Below, piece after piece: positions 16,431 to 25,780 of a stretch of DNA of 55,105 nucleotides. The translations under genes were made by a program, and so were the position numbers. The stretch is from Candidatus Shapirobacteria bacterium CG03_land_8_20_14_0_80_40_19. GTDB taxonomy: Bacteria; Patescibacteriota; Microgenomatia; UM-FILTER-40-11. The stretch covers positions 1 to 55,105 of the forward strand of contig PEVD01000009.1 of the NCBI GenBank assembly GCA_002780305.1. The letters run 5' to 3'. Position 1 is the first letter of the stretch, and the number at the start of each line of letters is the position of its first letter. A model generated the notes under the pieces. The model made no database searches. It saw nothing but the letters and a program-made list of their open reading frames with translations, and was not told the DNA's origin.

Positions 16431-19400
16431 GTGATTTTGCCTGAAAAAGTTTTAATTTTAGGATCAGGGGCTTTAAAAATCGGTCAAGCGGGAGAATTTG
16501 ATTATTCCGGTTCCCAGGCAATTAAAGCTTTGAAAGAGGAAAAAATTAAAACGGTTTTAGTCAATCCAAATATTGCCACCATCCAAACTTCCAAGGGTTT
16601 TGCCGACCAGGTTTATTTTTTACCCATCAACCCTTATTTTGTGGAAAAAATAATTGAAAAAGAAAGGCCGGACGGAATTTTATTAAATTTTGGCGGACAA
16701 ACCGCCTTAAACTGCGGTTTGTCTTTGGCCCAAAAAGGCATTTTTGAGAAATACGATCTAAAAGTTCTGGGGACGCAAATCGAAGCAATCCAGAAAACGG
16801 AAAGCCGGAAGCTTTTTGCCGCCAGTTTAAGGAAAGTTGGTTTAAATATTCCCCGGAGTTTTTCTGCCGGCAATATTGAGGAAGCACTGCTTTCGGGAGA
16901 AAAAATCGGTTATCCGGTGGTTTGCCGGGCCGGTTTTTCTCTTGGCGGTCAAGGTTCAAGCGTGGTTAAAAACAAAAGCCAGCTGAAAAAAGTCGCTAAA
17001 AGAGCCTTGGCGTTATCCCCCGAAATTTTGATAGAAGAGTGTCTTTACGGCTGGAAAGAAATTGAATATGAGGTGATGCGGGATTGTCGGGACAATTGTA
17101 TCACGGTTTGCAATATGGAAAATTTCGACCCGATGGGAATCCATACCGGGGAAAGTATTGTCGTTTCCCCCTCACAAACTCTGACCAATAATGAATATTT
17201 CTTGCTGCGGGAAATGGCGATAAAAGCGATCCGCTTTTTTAAAATTGTCGGTGAGTGTAACATTCAATTTGCTCTTCATCCCCAAACCGGCGAGTATCGG
17301 ATAATTGAAGTTAATGCCCGTCTTTCCCGCTCGTCGGCTCTGGCTTCAAAAGTCACCGGCTACCCACTGGCCTTTATTGCAGCAAAATTAAGTCTTGGTT
17401 TTACCCTTGATGAGCTTAAAAATTCCGTGACCAAAACAACCGGCGCTTTTTTTGAACCGGCCCTTGATTATTTGGCGGTAAAAATACCGCGCTGGGATTT
17501 TGAAAAATTCGGCTTGCCTTATCAAACAATTACGACCGAAATGCAAAGTGTTGGTGAAGTGATGGCTATCGGCCGAACCTTTCCCGAGGTGTTGCAAAAA
17601 GCGGTTCGGATGTTAAACCAAGGACACGAGGGCATAATTGACGGTTTTGATTTAAACAAGAACCAATTACAAAGCATAATTAGGACGGCCAATTCGAAAA
17701 GAATCTTTCAAATAGCGGCCTCCTTGCTAAAAGGAGTTTCTGCCCAAAAAATCGCCCACTTAACCAAAATTGATTACTGGTTTATTGCCGAGATTAAAAA
17801 AATTACTGATTTTTACCTAACCTTACAACAAAAACTTTCGCAAGGAGACTCCTTGAGTACTCAAGGAGTCTCCTTAAAAGAAATTCTCAAAGAAGCCAAG
17901 CGTTTCGGTTTTTCCGATGCCCAGTTGGCAAAAATATTTAAAACAACCAGACGAAAAATCGGAAGTCTTAGAATAAAATTCGGGATTATTCCGGTGGTAA
18001 AGCAAATTGATACTCTAGCGGCTGAATATCCGGCTGAAACTAATTATTTGTATCTAACTTATCACGGGATTAAAGAAGATCTTAATTTTAGGAATAAAAA
18101 ACAAATCATGGTTTTGGCTTCCGGTCCTTATTGTATCGGTTCTTCGGTTGAATTTGACTGGTGCGCCGTTAACACGGTAGCGACTTTGAGAAAAAACAAA
18201 AACAAAACCATTTTGGTAAATTGCAACCCGGAAACTGTTTCGACTGATTATGATATTACCGATAAACTGTATTTTGAAGAACTTTCTTTGGAAAGAGTTT
18301 TAGATATTTGTCGGAAAGAAAAACCGTTGGGTGTCATTCTTTCCGTCGGCGGGCAGATTCCTAACAATCTAGCCTTATCTTTGGCAAGGGAAAAAATAAG
18401 AATTTTGGGGACCAGGGCCGACGATATTGATAAAGCCGAAGACAGACAAAAATTTTCCGCCTTATTGGGAAAGCTGAGTATTGACCAACCGGTCTGGCAG
18501 CAGCTTTCGAGTTCCTCAAAAGCGATTGATTTTGCCCAACAAATCGAATTTCCGGTAATCGCCCGGCCGTCTTATGTCTTATCCGGAAAATCAATGATAG
18601 TTATTTATTCCAAAGAAGAACTGGTTCACTATTTGAATATTTTACAAAAACAGGATATTAAAATTGTTATCAGCAAGTTTATCCAGAATGCGAAGGAAAT
18701 TGAGGCTGATTTGGTGGCTAAAAAAGGGGAAATTATTTTGTGCGCGATCAGTGAGCATATTGAAAACGCCGGGGTTCATTCCGGCGACGCCAGTATTGTT
18801 TTTCCACCGCAGAAACTTTATATCGAAACCATAAGAAGAATTAAAGATGCCTGCAAGCTAATCGCCAAGGCGCTTAATATAAACGGGCCGGCCAATATCC
18901 AATTTCTAGCCAAAGACAATCAAATTAAGGTGATTGAATGCAACCTGCGGGCTTCAAGAACTTTCCCTTTTATTTCCAAAATGTGCGATAAAAATTTTAT
19001 AGAGATGGCAACTTTAATAATGTTAAAAAAGAAAGTTGAAGTAAAAAACCAAATTCTTGATTTGGATTATGTGGGAGTGAAGGTTCCCCAGTTTTCTTTT
19101 TCCCGCCTGCATGAGGTTGACCCGATACTGCGAGTGGAAATGGCTTCAACCGGCGAGGCAGCCTGTTTGGGAGAAGATGTTGAAGAAGCTTATCTAAAAG
19201 CCCTGATTGCCACTGACCAGCAATTGCCCCAGACTTCGGTTTTGATCAGTCTTGGCGGAGAAGAAAATAAACTTAAGTTTTTAGAAGAGGCAAGAATACT
19301 TTTCGGCAAAGGCTTAAAGATTTATGCTACCCATCATACCGGTGATTTTTTGACCAAAAATGGGATTAGAACGGAAAAATTGTTTAAAATTTACGAAAAG

Positions 19401-19649
19401 CAAAAACCGAATATTGCCGATTTTTTGGCGGAGAGAAAAATTGATCTGGTTATTAACATTACTGACCCGGACTTCGTTTCCCAAAAACTTCTTAATGATG
19501 ATTATCAAATCCGCCGCAGTACGGTTGATTTTGGGGTGCCCCTTTTTACTAATCTGCAAGCAGCGAAACTCTTTGTTCAGGCTTTTTTTCTAAAGAAACA
19601 GGACGATCTGAAAGTCAATTCGTACGCCGACTATTTTAAAAAAATGTGA
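16431..19649 (+). CDS. carB: Carbamoyl-phosphate synthase large subunit
   Basis: 1072 aa with duplicated ATP-grasp halves (GQAGEFDYSGSQA and GSSVEFDWCAV). GTG start. Confidence 0.95.
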   Translation: MILPEKVLILGSGALKIGQAGEFDYSGSQAIKALKEEKIKTVLVNPNIATIQTSKGFADQVYFLPINPYFVEKIIEKERPDGILLNFGGQTALNCGLSLAQKGIFEKYDLKVLGTQIEAIQKTESRKLFAASLRKVGLNIPRSFSAGNIEEALLSGEKIGYPVVCRAGFSLGGQGSSVVKNKSQLKKVAKRALALSPEILIEECLYGWKEIEYEVMRDCRDNCITVCNMENFDPMGIHTGESIVVSPSQTLTNNEYFLLREMAIKAIRFFKIVGECNIQFALHPQTGEYRIIEVNARLSRSSALASKVTGYPLAFIAAKLSLGFTLDELKNSVTKTTGAFFEPALDYLAVKIPRWDFEKFGLPYQTITTEMQSVGEVMAIGRTFPEVLQKAVRMLNQGHEGIIDGFDLNKNQLQSIIRTANSKRIFQIAASLLKGVSAQKIAHLTKIDYWFIAEIKKITDFYLTLQQKLSQGDSLSTQGVSLKEILKEAKRFGFSDAQLAKIFKTTRRKIGSLRIKFGIIPVVKQIDTLAAEYPAETNYLYLTYHGIKEDLNFRNKKQIMVLASGPYCIGSSVEFDWCAVNTVATLRKNKNKTILVNCNPETVSTDYDITDKLYFEELSLERVLDICRKEKPLGVILSVGGQIPNNLALSLAREKIRILGTRADDIDKAEDRQKFSALLGKLSIDQPVWQQLSSSSKAIDFAQQIEFPVIARPSYVLSGKSMIVIYSKEELVHYLNILQKQDIKIVISKFIQNAKEIEADLVAKKGEIILCAISEHIENAGVHSGDASIVFPPQKLYIETIRRIKDACKLIAKALNINGPANIQFLAKDNQIKVIECNLRASRTFPFISKMCDKNFIEMATLIMLKKKVEVKNQILDLDYVGVKVPQFSFSRLHEVDPILRVEMASTGEAACLGEDVEEAYLKALIATDQQLPQTSVLISLGGEENKLKFLEEARILFGKGLKIYATHHTGDFLTKNGIRTEKLFKIYEKQKPNIADFLAERKIDLVINITDPDFVSQKLLNDDYQIRRSTVDFGVPLFTNLQAAKLFVQAFFLKKQDDLKVNSYADYFKKM
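17842..17875. repeat. 34-nt perfect palindrome inside carB
   Basis: aaggagactccttgagtactcaaggagtctcctt (17/17 base pairs checked). Read through as ..SQGDSLSTQGVSLKE.. Confidence 0.95.
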
Positions 19650-19665
19650 TAAGATATTTTTACTG

Positions 19666-20322
19666 ATGCTTAGCAATGTAATTTTTGAATTTATCAAACA
19701 AAACGGGGTTAAAAGCGTCATTTTGGGCGGACTGATTGAGCAGGTAATTGTGCCGATTCCGTCCCCTTTGGTGCCGATGGTTGCCGGATTTTTGTTTGTT
19801 TCTCCGACTATTGGATTCTGGTCGGCGGCAAGAGATATTTTTTTGAAAGCAGCCCTACCCTTTGCTGTCGGTTCAACTATCGGCTCAACCATAGTTTATC
19901 TGATTGCCTGGCATGGGGGGAAATGGCTGATTGATAAATTTTCCAAATGGTTTTCGTTTAAATGGGAGGATGTGGAAAAGTTCCAAAAACGGTATTTCCA
20001 CGGCCGCAAAACCGATGAGCTTCTAATATTCCTTTTTCGGGCGATACCCTTAATTCCTTCGGTTTTGGTTTCTGCCGCCTGCGGCGCCATCAGAACCAAG
20101 CCGCCGGATTTTTATTTTTTTACTTTCTTGGGTTTACTTATCAGGGGCATTATTTTAGGTTTTGTCGGCTGGCAATCCGGCGAGGCGCTTTTTAAAGTCT
20201 CCGAAGGATTGGACAGGTGGGAAATGGTCTTTAGCGCAATTATTGTCTTGGCGGTAATTGCCGGTTTGGTGTTGGCTTACAAGGGCCGGAAAAAATGGCT
20301 GGAGAAAATAGGGATAGAATAG
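19666..20322 (+). CDS. DedA/SNARE-associated (VTT domain) family membrane protein
   Basis: 218 aa, multi-TM. FLFRAIPLIPSVLVSAACGAIR-type reentrant motif. Confidence 0.7.
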   Translation: MLSNVIFEFIKQNGVKSVILGGLIEQVIVPIPSPLVPMVAGFLFVSPTIGFWSAARDIFLKAALPFAVGSTIGSTIVYLIAWHGGKWLIDKFSKWFSFKWEDVEKFQKRYFHGRKTDELLIFLFRAIPLIPSVLVSAACGAIRTKPPDFYFFTFLGLLIRGIILGFVGWQSGEALFKVSEGLDRWEMVFSAIIVLAVIAGLVLAYKGRKKWLEKIGIE

Positions 20323-20326
20323 GTTT
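20261..20326. repeat. Left 66-bp direct repeat (functional 3' end of dedA)
   Basis: ccggtttggtgttggcttacaagggccggaaaaaatggctggagaaaatagggatagaataggttt. By hand alignment, 60/66 identical to 21548-21613. Confidence 0.9.
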
Positions 20327-20370
20327 TTTAGAGAAAACGGTAAACTGTCCTTTTTGGGTGTAAATGGGGC

Positions 20371-20398
20371 TTGACAATAGTCCTAATTTATATATAAT
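20371..20398 (+). promoter_or_regulatory. Near-consensus promoter TTGACA-N16-TATAAT, with the -10 box 7 nt from ATG 20406
   Basis: ttgaca at 20371-20376 and tataat at 20393-20398, followed by taggcat then ATG. Confidence 0.7.
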
Positions 20399-20405
20399 TA
20401 GGCAT

Positions 20406-21539
20406 ATGTATATTGGAAGAAAAGTAGAAGAAACAATTAAAAAAAGCCTTTTTCAAGGCAAGATTGTTATTTTATACGGCGCCCGGCAGGTAGGCAAAAC
20501 AACCTTGGTGAGAAAAATAGCTGACGATATTAACGAGCCTTATGGTTATTTGAATTGCGACGAACTTGATGTTTTAAGCCGGTTTCAAAATTCGGACAAT
20601 TCGGAAGCCTTAAAACAGCTGATCGGTAGTCAAAGATTGGTAGTAATTGATGAAGCCCAAAGAGTTAAAAATATCGGTTTGAAATTAAAACTAATAGTTG
20701 ACAACTATCCGGAAACGCAGATTATTGCTACCGGTTCTTCTTCTTTTGATCTTTCTAATGAAATCAGCGAACCGCTGACCGGAAGAAGTTTTGAATTTTG
20801 GCTTTTCCCTCTTTCTGTTGGTGAAATCAGTCAAAACGAGGATAAATTAAGTTTCGAAAGAAAATTAGAAAGTCTTTTGGTCTATGGTTGTTACCCGGAA
20901 ATTTATCAACTTGGGTCAATTGAACAAAAAGCCCAAAGAATTAAATATTTAGCTTCAAATTATCTCTACAAAGACATTTTGAAATTTAATAGTATAAAAA
21001 ATTCGGAAGTTGTCTTAAAGCTATTGCAAGCGCTTGCCTTACAAATGGGGAATGAGGTTTCTTATAACGAGCTGGCCGGCCTGATTGGAATTGGCAAACA
21101 GACCGTGGCAAAATATATTGATTTATTGGAGAAAGCCTTTGTTATTTTTAGGCTTTCTCCGTATTCCAGTAATTTGAGAAAAGAATTAGGCAAAATGAGA
21201 AAAATCTATTTTTTTGATTTAGGCGTCAGGAATGCCATCATCAATAATCAAAATCCCTTAAATCTTCGGGATGATGTTGGAAAATTATGGGAGAACTTTG
21301 TGATTGCCGAGAAATATAAACGGCAGCTTGGTCCCGGGTTTAAAACAAATTACTATTTTTGGCGGACTTACGATCAGCAGGAAGTTGATTTAGTAGAGGC
21401 AAAAGGCGGAAATCTTTTTGGTTGGGAGATAAAATGGACAGGAAAAGGGAAGAACCCGCCCAAAGCCTGGATCGAAAATTACAAAAATTCCACCTGGCAA
21501 ATAATCAACAGAGAAAATTTTTTGGAATTTCTAATCTAG
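20406..21539 (+). CDS. AAA+ ATPase with C-terminal DUF4143-like domain (AAA_14/DUF4143 family)
   Basis: Walker A GARQVGKTT. Walker B LVVIDEAQRV. C-terminal ...YFWRTYDQQEVDLV.. block typical of this family. The ORF-track start at 20364 lies upstream of the promoter. Confidence 0.8.
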   Translation: MYIGRKVEETIKKSLFQGKIVILYGARQVGKTTLVRKIADDINEPYGYLNCDELDVLSRFQNSDNSEALKQLIGSQRLVVIDEAQRVKNIGLKLKLIVDNYPETQIIATGSSSFDLSNEISEPLTGRSFEFWLFPLSVGEISQNEDKLSFERKLESLLVYGCYPEIYQLGSIEQKAQRIKYLASNYLYKDILKFNSIKNSEVVLKLLQALALQMGNEVSYNELAGLIGIGKQTVAKYIDLLEKAFVIFRLSPYSSNLRKELGKMRKIYFFDLGVRNAIINNQNPLNLRDDVGKLWENFVIAEKYKRQLGPGFKTNYYFWRTYDQQEVDLVEAKGGNLFGWEIKWTGKGKNPPKAWIENYKNSTWQIINRENFLEFLI

Positions 21540-21547
21540 GGTAACAA

Positions 21548-21613
21548 CCGGTCTGGTGTTGGCTTACGAGGGTCGGAAAAAATGGCTGAAAAAAATCGGG
21601 ATAGAATAGGTTT
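21548..21613. repeat. Right 66-bp direct repeat (orphan copy of the dedA 3' end including the stop)
   Basis: ccggtctggtgttggcttacgagggtcggaaaaaatggctgaaaaaaatcgggatagaataggttt. Would encode ..GLVLAYEGRKKWLKKIGIE*. Confidence 0.9.
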
Positions 21614-22057
21614 ACCTTATTACCTTTTCCTTATGATTTTAATTGGCTTGAGCGTAATCGCTATTTTCTAATATCTTGATAAGATTACGGAGTAAAACTA
21701 TATTAATCTTCAAAAATTACCGGAGGTGTCAAGTTATATCACCTGGAAAAATCATACTGAAATTTAGCCTCGAATTTTTGTAAATCTGTGCCCAAGAACT
21801 ACATTACGCTACCGTAATGAACTTTTTTGAGGCTGGGGGTGAAATTTTCGAGGTTAAAATGTTTTCTAAGTAAAATAGTGATCCTGTCTGCCTCTTTGAC
21901 ATTCATATTTATATTTCCTTTCAAAATTGGACTGACAATTTTCTCTTCGGGGTTGATCTTCTGGGTCCAAAGTGCTAAACTTCCTTTAGTTAATTTAAGA
22001 CTGTTTTGATAAAAAGAGGGGCGAGGATAACTCGCCTTTTTAAATAAATAAAGATAT

Positions 22058-23098
22058 ATGGCCAATTTAAATATACCAAGAACCGAATTTGCCGCTGCTT
22101 TGTCACAAGTGGCTTCTGAACACGGGATTGACCCGTCATCGGTTTTGGAATCGATAGAACTGGCGATAATTACTGCCTATAAAAAGGATTATGGTGATAA
22201 AGAAGGCTTGGAGTACGAGGTTAAGATTGACCCTGCTTCCGGAGAATCGCAGTTGTTTGCCTGGCCGGAAGGCGAGAAAAAAAAGAAAGAAGAAATTACT
22301 CCCGCCGGTTTTGGCCGGATCGCCGCCCAACAGGCGCGCAATATTATTGTCCAGAAAATCCGTGAAGCGGAAAAAGGAGCCTTAATTGATGAATACGAAA
22401 AAAGAGCCGGCACACTTGTTAACGGCATGATTTTGCGTTTTGACGGTGACAATATTCTGGTTGATTTGGGCAGAGGAGAAGCAATCATGCCTTCCCCGGA
22501 ACAGAATAAAAAAGAGAACTACCGCCTTAACATGAAGCTGAATTTTTATATTGATGGTATCCGGGAAACCGCTAAAGGAAAACAAATTATTGTTTCCCGT
22601 TCTAGCCCTGAGTTGGTGGCCTGCTTGTTTAAAAGAGAAGTGCCCGAGGTTTCTTCCGGGGCGGTGGAGATAAGAGAGATTGCCAGAGAAGCCGGCAACC
22701 GGACAAAAATTGCGGTTTATTCCAAACAGTCCGGGATTGATCCGGTCGGAAGCTGTGTTGGCCAAAAGGGGGTTCGGGTTCAGGCAGTAATTGAAGCCCT
22801 TGGCGGCTTGGAAAAAGTTGACATTATTCAATACAACGAAGACCCGGAAAAGTTTATTTTATCCGCTCTTTCTCCGGCGGAAAATTTGGAGATAAAAATA
22901 AACAAGACCGCCCGGACAGCCGTCGTTTCCGCCCCGGAAAAAGACCTGTCGCTGGCAATCGGAAAAGAAGGGCAAAATGCCCGTTTAGCCTCGAAATTGA
23001 CCGGTTATAAAATCGATATCCGGCCGATTGAGGAAACTAAAGAAAAAAAAGAAATAAAACCAAAAAAAGAGACAGAAAAGACCGAAATGAAAGTCTAA
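22058..23098 (+). CDS. nusA: Transcription termination/antitermination factor NusA (no C-terminal AR repeats)
   Basis: GRIAAQQARNIIVQKIREAEK, an S1 segment, and KH domains with GIDPVGSCVGQKGVRVQAV and LAIGKEGQNARLASKLTG. Confidence 0.95.
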   Translation: MANLNIPRTEFAAALSQVASEHGIDPSSVLESIELAIITAYKKDYGDKEGLEYEVKIDPASGESQLFAWPEGEKKKKEEITPAGFGRIAAQQARNIIVQKIREAEKGALIDEYEKRAGTLVNGMILRFDGDNILVDLGRGEAIMPSPEQNKKENYRLNMKLNFYIDGIRETAKGKQIIVSRSSPELVACLFKREVPEVSSGAVEIREIAREAGNRTKIAVYSKQSGIDPVGSCVGQKGVRVQAVIEALGGLEKVDIIQYNEDPEKFILSALSPAENLEIKINKTARTAVVSAPEKDLSLAIGKEGQNARLASKLTGYKIDIRPIEETKEKKEIKPKKETEKTEMKV

Positions 23099-23120
23099 CC
23101 TCTTTCGGGCTTCAAAAAAT

Positions 23121-24539
23121 ATGGCATTACAAAAAAAACCACCAGTAGTGACAATTATGGGTCATGTCGATCACGGCAAGACTTCACTTTTGGATTATAT
23201 TCGTAAAACAAAAGTGGCGGCAGGCGAGGCGGGCGAAATTACACAAGCCATCGGCGCTTATCAGGTTGAGCTCGATGGTCAAAAAATTACCTTTATTGAT
23301 ACTCCCGGACATGAAGCTTTTATCAAAATGCGCCAGAGGGGGGCGCAGATTTCTGACATTGTCGTTTTAGTCGTTGCGGCCAACGACGGGGTTATGCCTC
23401 AAACCAAAGAAAGCCTTAAGATTATAAAACAGGCAAAGGTGCCCTTTATCGTGGCGATTAACAAAATTGATTTGCCGGAGGTTTCGGTTGACAAGGTCAA
23501 AGTGCAACTGGCGGAAAATGAGGTTTTTGTGGAGGGGTATGGTGGTGACACGGTCGCCGTTCCTGTTTCCGCTAAAACCGGACAGGGGGTTGATCAGCTT
23601 TTGGAAATGATAATTTTGAGCTCGGAAATGGAGAGCCTTCAAGCAGATCCTCAAGCAGAACTAAGGGCGGTGGTGATTGAGTCTAAATTTGATAAACTCT
23701 GCGGTTCAACTGCGACTTTGATTATTCAAAACGGTCAACTTAAAAAAGGAACCCCTCTTTGGGTTAACGGTGTTTGTTCTAAGGCAAGAATGCTCAAAGA
23801 TTACCGTGGGCAGTTAGTGCAAAAGGCGCTTCCGGGAGATCCGGTGCTGGTTTTAGGTTTTGGTGGTTTACCCTCCGTCGGAACGGAGGTTGGTTCGTGC
23901 CAAGCAGTGCCGGAGAAAAAACAAGAAATCAAGAATATCGGAATAGCAGAGGGTCAGAAACCGACCCTGAAAATTATTCTGAAGGCGGATGCTTTTGGTT
24001 CCCTTGAGGCTATTTCAGAGTGTTTGCCAAGAAGCGTCGAAGTAATGGAAAAATCAGTCGGCGAGGTCAAAGAATCTGACGTGCTGCTGGCGAGGACCCT
24101 TAAGGCGGATATTTATGGTTTTAATCTCACTGTTTCCTCTTCAGTCGCGAAGTTGTCTGAGGCGGAAAAAGTCAAAGTTCGCACTTTTAACATTATTTAC
24201 GAGCTACTTCAAAGCATTGAAAAAAGAGTCTTAAAACTTCTCTCGCCGGATATCGACCGCAAAATTTTAGGTATTGCGGCGATTTTACAAGTCTTTGAAA
24301 TGAAAGGCCAGAAGATTGCCGGCTGCCGGGTAACCGAGGGTAAAATTAATAAAACTTTTCCCGCCTGCATCAAACGTGAGGAAAAAATACTATCAGATGT
24401 AAAAATTATTTCTCTTAAAGAGCAAAAACAAGATATCAATGAGGCAGCTGAAGGGACGGAATTCGGTGCTGTTTTCAATCAAAAGGTTGATTTTTTACCC
24501 GGAGATGTGCTAATATCATACAGCCTAGAAGAAAATTAA
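23121..24539 (+). CDS. infB: Translation initiation factor IF-2, minimal form (starts at the G domain)
   Basis: [18 protein letters not shown] at residues 8-25. DTPGHEAF and NKID motifs. 472 aa, with no N-terminal extension. Confidence 0.9.
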   Translation: MALQKKPPVVTIMGHVDHGKTSLLDYIRKTKVAAGEAGEITQAIGAYQVELDGQKITFIDTPGHEAFIKMRQRGAQISDIVVLVVAANDGVMPQTKESLKIIKQAKVPFIVAINKIDLPEVSVDKVKVQLAENEVFVEGYGGDTVAVPVSAKTGQGVDQLLEMIILSSEMESLQADPQAELRAVVIESKFDKLCGSTATLIIQNGQLKKGTPLWVNGVCSKARMLKDYRGQLVQKALPGDPVLVLGFGGLPSVGTEVGSCQAVPEKKQEIKNIGIAEGQKPTLKIILKADAFGSLEAISECLPRSVEVMEKSVGEVKESDVLLARTLKADIYGFNLTVSSSVAKLSEAEKVKVRTFNIIYELLQSIEKRVLKLLSPDIDRKILGIAAILQVFEMKGQKIAGCRVTEGKINKTFPACIKREEKILSDVKIISLKEQKQDINEAAEGTEFGAVFNQKVDFLPGDVLISYSLEEN

Positions 24540-24551
24540 ATAGGTGGAAGT

Positions 24552-25439
24552 ATGAATAAAAATTATCCGTTTTCCGAAATTCAGGGAAAAATCACCGGCT
24601 CACAAAAAATTATAATCGCGTTGCCGCAAAACCCCCGCTATGACCAAACGGCTGGGGGTTTGGCTTTGTTTCTTTTGCTTACCCAGGCAGGGAAGACTGT
24701 CTCCGTCATTTGTCCTTCGGCGATGATGGTTGAGTTCAATAATTTGGTCGGCGTGGACAAAATTTCTCCCAAGGCCAAAGGAACAGACTTGGTGGTTTCT
24801 TTTAACTATTCAATGGATAATGTGGAAAAAATCAGCTACAACGACGATGGCGGTCGGTTGAATCTGGTTGTCCAGCCCAAAGCCGGCGCCCCAAACATAG
24901 ATGAAAAATCAGTCAATCTGTCTTATATTGGAGTTGGGGCAGACCTACTAATTACGGTTGGAATCAAAAATATCAGTCAGTTAAATCAATCCGGTCTTAG
25001 TTCCATTAGCCCAGAGTCAATTATTAATGTTGATAATTGGTCCGACAATACCAATTTTGCCGCAATTAATGTTATCGATATTGACTCTTCTTCAATTTCG
25101 GAGATTGTTTTGGGTCTTTCAGAGGGTTTGGGTTTACAACTTGATTTGGATGTTGCCCAAAATTTACTAAATGGTCTTTGGCAGGTAACTTCCGGATTAA
25201 AAAAATCGGATTTAGGACCGGATGCTTATGAAGCGGTGGCGACCTGTTTAAGGTTGGGAGCACAAAAGCCGTCGGCAGAACCCCCTGCTCCAAAACAAAA
25301 AATGTGGCCTGTTGCCAAAAACGAACAGAAAGTGGTTAACGTTAACCGTAGTCAGTCAAACCAACCATCCCCTCTGCCGTCAACTCCACCCGCCGACTGG
25401 CTGGAACCCAAAATTTACAAAGGCTCAAGTAATGTTTAA
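24552..25439 (+). CDS. DHH/NrnA-like protein with degenerate catalytic motifs and a Pro-rich tail
   Basis: Layout resembles NrnA: IIIALPQNPRYDQTAGGLALFL (DxD position is YDQ), DLLITVG, and INVDNWSDNTNF (DHH position is DNW). There is no DHHA1 GGGH. Gene sits in the infB-rpsO slot. Confidence 0.4.
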   Translation: MNKNYPFSEIQGKITGSQKIIIALPQNPRYDQTAGGLALFLLLTQAGKTVSVICPSAMMVEFNNLVGVDKISPKAKGTDLVVSFNYSMDNVEKISYNDDGGRLNLVVQPKAGAPNIDEKSVNLSYIGVGADLLITVGIKNISQLNQSGLSSISPESIINVDNWSDNTNFAAINVIDIDSSSISEIVLGLSEGLGLQLDLDVAQNLLNGLWQVTSGLKKSDLGPDAYEAVATCLRLGAQKPSAEPPAPKQKMWPVAKNEQKVVNVNRSQSNQPSPLPSTPPADWLEPKIYKGSSNV

Positions 25440-25445
25440 AACCTC

Positions 25446-25474
25446 TTGTTTTAAAAAGCCAAATCGGATATAAT
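25446..25474 (+). promoter_or_regulatory. rpsO-pnp promoter TTGTTT-N17-TATAAT
   Basis: ttgttt at 25446-25451 and tataat at 25469-25474. ATG lies 11 nt downstream. Confidence 0.55.
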
Positions 25475-25485
25475 GGCGGTTGTAT

Positions 25486-25755
25486 ATGGCCTTAACACCT
25501 GACGAAAAGAAAAAAATTATTGAGAAGTACGCCACGATTAAAGGCGATACCGGATCTCCTGAAGTACAGATCGCCCTGCTGACCAACAAGGTTGATAAGT
25601 TGAGCTCGCATTTAAAAGGTAATAAAAAAGATGTTCATTCACGCCGTGGGTTGTTGTCAATGGTTTCCAAAAGAAGAAGACTGCTTTTATATTTAATGAA
25701 AAAAGACGGCGAAAGGTATCAGAAGATTCTTAAAGATCTTAATCTTTCAAAATAA
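25486..25755 (+). CDS. rpsO: 30S ribosomal protein S15
   Basis: [15 protein letters not shown]...[37 protein letters not shown]. 89 aa. Confidence 0.95.
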   Translation: MALTPDEKKKIIEKYATIKGDTGSPEVQIALLTNKVDKLSSHLKGNKKDVHSRRGLLSMVSKRRRLLLYLMKKDGERYQKILKDLNLSK

Positions 25756-25780
25756 CCTCCTTTGGTGGATAATTACAAAA

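Noticed and set aside
20364-20405. ORF-track start of the ATPase at 20364
   Set aside because: This stretch contains the TTGACA-N16-TATAAT promoter itself. ATG 20406 gives MYIGRKVEE.., which is the usual N-terminus for this family.
21799-22065. 88-aa minus-strand ORF as a real gene
   Set aside because: No motif is recognisable, it overlaps the nusA start and it spans a hairpin. It is kept only as part of the unexplained-spacer finding.
22382-22831. 149-aa minus-strand ORF
   Set aside because: It lies entirely antisense to the well-supported nusA and has a low-complexity composition. The same reasoning applies to 14478-14924 (antisense to dnaJ), 15520-15897 (carA), 36207-36587 (SAM-MTase), 44074-44472 (ddl), 51862-52350 (YtxH-like), 26110-26460 and 27028-27276 (pnp), and the many 60-110-aa shadow ORFs.
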